From an uncultured Candidatus Saccharibacteria bacterium (lineage in GTDB: Bacteria; Patescibacteriota; Minisyncoccia; Phycocordibacterales; JACOZG01): a stretch of DNA of 64,000 bases. The notes under the pieces were generated by a model. That model was given only the letters and a program-made list of their open reading frames with translations, did no database searches and had not been told where the DNA came from. The DNA is taken from the NCBI GenBank assembly GCA_964591715.1, contig CAZQDR010000004.1, forward strand, positions 375 through 64,374, read 5' to 3'. Below, piece by piece: positions 61,906-64,000 of this stretch. The position numbers and the translations under genes were made by a program. Positions within the stretch are counted from its first letter, which is position 1. Every line of letters starts with the position of its first letter.

Positions 61906-62183
61906 GTCTTTACAAAATCCGAGCTCGGGCGTACGCTTAAAGCAGACCTTGATCCATCTGGGCCCAAGCATGATAGGAGGTGAAAAAGTTCTTACTCCAA
62001 AAATTATTTGCGAGGACTGTTCACATCGCAGCCTCGCTTGCACTAAGAGGGATGTGGCGGAAGGTGGCCCAGCCGCCACTCCTACTTTTTAAGGAATCAC
62101 CCTTTGCCGTGTTGGCAATCAAACTTCAGTTGTGCGGGGAGGCTCAAGTTCCATCAAGCAAGCGCGTCCCTCCTCGCCAGCAG

Positions 62184-62214
62184 CCCCAGAGCAGTTCACG
62201 CTCTGGGGTTTTTT
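62184..62214 (+). terminator. Rho-independent terminator without an obvious upstream gene
   Basis: Perfect 9-bp stem CCCCAGAGC/GCTCTGGGG with T6. Confidence 0.6.
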
Positions 62215-62287
62215 ATAACTTCATTTAGCTTTTGCATAGTAATCACTTCGTTGGGTTGGCGTGTCTTCCGCGATGTGCCACCAACAG

Positions 62288-62314
62288 CCCGGGATATCGT
62301 GTCCCGGGTTTTTT
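62288..62314 (+). terminator. Rho-independent terminator without an obvious upstream gene
   Basis: CCCGGGA/TCCCGGG stem with T6. Confidence 0.55.
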
Positions 62315-62343
62315 ATAAAAAAACGGACCACAATTGTGGTCCG
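62315..62343 (-). terminator. Rho-independent terminator for the 62354-62674 gene
   Basis: Perfect 20-bp palindrome CGGACCACAATTGTGGTCCG, followed on the minus strand by T7. Confidence 0.65.
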
Positions 62344-62353
62344 GCCGAGGCGC

Positions 62354-62674
62354 TTAGCTGAGGTGATACTTGAGGATGTACAGTGAGCCCCAAAACAAGA
62401 CGAGGCCAATCACGACGGCCCAGCTACTGCCGGTTAAGAGGGAAAGGTTGTCGGCCACCTTGGCCTCCAAGGCCTCGAAGCGTCCAAAGTCAAAACCGGG
62501 GGGCGCGACGGGGCGCGTGTCGTACTGGTGGAGAGCGTACATGTTTTGTTGCTCCTGCTTGAGTTGAGACTTGCCGAGTCGCGCCAAAACCCAGATACAC
62601 GCGCCGATCATGACCGCGAGACCACTGCCAACCAGCACTGCCGTCACCACCCAGTAGAGCAAATCCTGCAGCAT
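62354..62674 (-). CDS. Hypothetical two-TM membrane protein (106 aa)
   Basis: Hydrophobic helices at both termini. Terminator immediately downstream. Confidence 0.45.
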   Translation of the reverse strand: MLQDLLYWVVTAVLVGSGLAVMIGACIWVLARLGKSQLKQEQQNMYALHQYDTRPVAPPGFDFGRFEALEAKVADNLSLLTGSSWAVVIGLVLFWGSLYILKYHLS

Positions 62675-62801
62675 GAGCTGTCCTCCCGCTTAGAGTCAAC
62701 GTGAAAGAAAGACCAGTTAAATTCGCTTATACAGTAGCACCGAGCAAATGAGTGGTCAATAAAAAAACACTGGGCCGAGACCAGTGCTTTTTAGGACCAT
62801 T

Positions 62802-63407
62802 TTACTTCTGATCCAAGAAGTTCTTTTTGTACTCCTGCCACAGCGGCAGCCACTCCTCGCGAAAGACGGCCATCATAATGTCATCAATGTAGCGACCGCA
62901 GCGAAAGTGTTGGGCCTTCTTGATGCCCTCCACTTTGTAGCCACACTTCTCCAAGCAACGCTTACTGCCCAGATTGTAGTCGTAGACGACCGAACCAATC
63001 TTGCGCAGATTGAGCGTGTTGAAGGCGTAGTCGAGCAACAACATCTTGGCCTCGGTGCCGTAGCCCTTGCCCCACAGATCCTTGCGGCCAATGATCGAGC
63101 CCGTGGCCGCCGTGCCGTGCTGGAAGCTCACATTGTGCAAGCCCATGACGCCAATGTACTCGTCGGTGTGGGCGAGCGTGAGAGCCAGGATAATGTCGCC
63201 ATCCTCGGGCCGGTTGATCTTCTTCAGATACTCCTCCTCGCGATCCAGTGTCATGGGGAACGAGATGGCAAGTCCAAGAGTGATCTCCGGGTCGTTGATC
63301 TGCTGCTGCATGGCGGGCAGGTAAGCCCGCTGGACAACCGAAAGATTGACACGCTTGCCGCGACGGAAGATAACCGCCGGCGGCGATTTTGCGGATTCGT
63401 TGTTCAT
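62802..63407 (-). CDS. GNAT-family N-acetyltransferase (RimJ/RimL-like)
   Basis: Acetyl-CoA-binding motif 'IIGRKDLWGKGYGTEAKMLLLDYAF' and 'LRKIGSVVYDYNLGSKRCLEKCGY'. About 60 % GC. Confidence 0.75.
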   Translation of the reverse strand: MNNESAKSPPAVIFRRGKRVNLSVVQRAYLPAMQQQINDPEITLGLAISFPMTLDREEEYLKKINRPEDGDIILALTLAHTDEYIGVMGLHNVSFQHGTAATGSIIGRKDLWGKGYGTEAKMLLLDYAFNTLNLRKIGSVVYDYNLGSKRCLEKCGYKVEGIKKAQHFRCGRYIDDIMMAVFREEWLPLWQEYKKNFLDQK

Positions 63408-63691
63408 ACCTTTTTCCTTGTGTTAGTGAGTAAAAGACCAATTGCTGAAACGAAAAAAACTCGGCTTCCGTTCAGCCGAGAGTTGTGGAGTGGGAGTAAT
63501 TTAGAATCTACAAATCACGGCTAAATATAAGCGCTGGGGCGTCGACGGAGGCGGACACGTAAAAAGCGCCGTCCTGCCAACGCGTAATATCCTGCGTATT
63601 TAGCTGGTGATTCATTTGTTGCATACGTATTTAGATTACTACAATAGATGAGAGTGGTCAACGATTAACGGACTCTGGTATAATATTGTTA

Positions 63692-64000
63692 ATGCCGGTC
63701 TCTTATCACGTTTATGTGTTTATTGATGCTTCAAATCTGTGGGAGGCCCAAAAATCGAAGGGCCACTTTCTCGATTATGCCAAAATTATTGAATATATTA
63801 GGAAAGAGTTTGCCGCCACTAGTTTAAAGTTGTTTTACTATACAGCTTATCCAAAAGATGGCACCAGAAGTTACAGCTTAGATGATCGACATAAATTTTA
63901 TACTTATCTCAAAAAGGGCTTAAACATTGCTGTTATAAAAAAGCCACTTAAACGCATTCATAAAGAGGGGGAAAGTGGTGAGGTAATTGAGGAAAAGGGT
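63692..64000 (+). CDS. NYN/LabA-like (PIN-fold) domain protein, 5' part (continues beyond window)
   Basis: 'YHVYVFIDASNLWEA' is the NYN N-terminal acidic motif. TGgTATAAT extended -10 lies 7 nt upstream (possibly leaderless). Low GC (~38 %). Confidence 0.45.
   Translation, partial: MPVSYHVYVFIDASNLWEAQKSKGHFLDYAKIIEYIRKEFAATSLKLFYYTAYPKDGTRSYSLDDRHKFYTYLKKGLNIAVIKKPLKRIHKEGESGEVIEEKG

Noticed and set aside
62784-63524. Plus-strand 246-aa ORF and a second minus-strand ORF (62962-63441) overlapping the GNAT gene
   Set aside because: The GNAT frame (62802-63407, -) contains the acetyl-CoA-binding motif. The others are high-GC antisense or out-of-frame artefacts.
1-64000. CRISPR arrays, rRNA genes, IS elements or transposases
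   Set aside because: No regularly spaced short repeats, no rRNA-like conserved blocks, and no transposase- or integrase-like ORF translations were seen anywhere in the window.

Overview
This 64 kb window looks like the chromosome of a small-genome bacterium. By inference from gene content (short IF-2 and DnaX, many small secreted or membrane proteins, few metabolic genes) it is probably a Candidate Phyla Radiation / Patescibacteria-like lineage. TGA is used as a stop codon (for example serS), so the standard code 11 applies. The backbone is about 48-50 % GC with several patches of 55-60 % GC.

Recognisable housekeeping genes are the gyrA 3' part, a cysteine desulfurase, Fe/Mn-SOD, clpB, rbfA-infB, rpmG, miaA, topA-dprA, serS, a ftsQ-like gene, dnaX, dus, a DEAD-box helicase, msrA, an ABC-F ATPase, parB and a MacAB-type efflux trio. 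There are nine tRNA genes: Leu-TAG, Lys-CTT, Leu-TAA, Cys-GCA, Tyr-GTA, Trp-CCA, Arg-CCG, Leu-CAA and Gln-TTG.

The non-housekeeping content is mostly cell-surface and redox genes:
- A tandem array of five small VirB2/TrbC-like (T4SS pilin-like) membrane-protein paralogs.
- A DsbA-VKOR-NDH-2 cluster.
- A cupredoxin / NOX-like ferric reductase / cytochrome b5-like cluster.
- A GT2-DedA-GT2-PAP2 lipid-carrier module.
- A membrane-anchored Hsp100 paralog with a dead first ATPase domain.
- A ~4.4 kb GC-rich segment next to tRNA-Gln that encodes an unusual CsrA-receiver-domain fusion plus gnd, pgl and a GH1-like hydrolase.
- A promoter-to-terminator non-coding unit directly upstream of dnaX, which is an ncRNA candidate (SRP RNA by synteny, unverified).

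No CRISPR array, rRNA, transposase or integrase was found. All calls rest on the sequence and the supplied ORF translations only. No database search was run.
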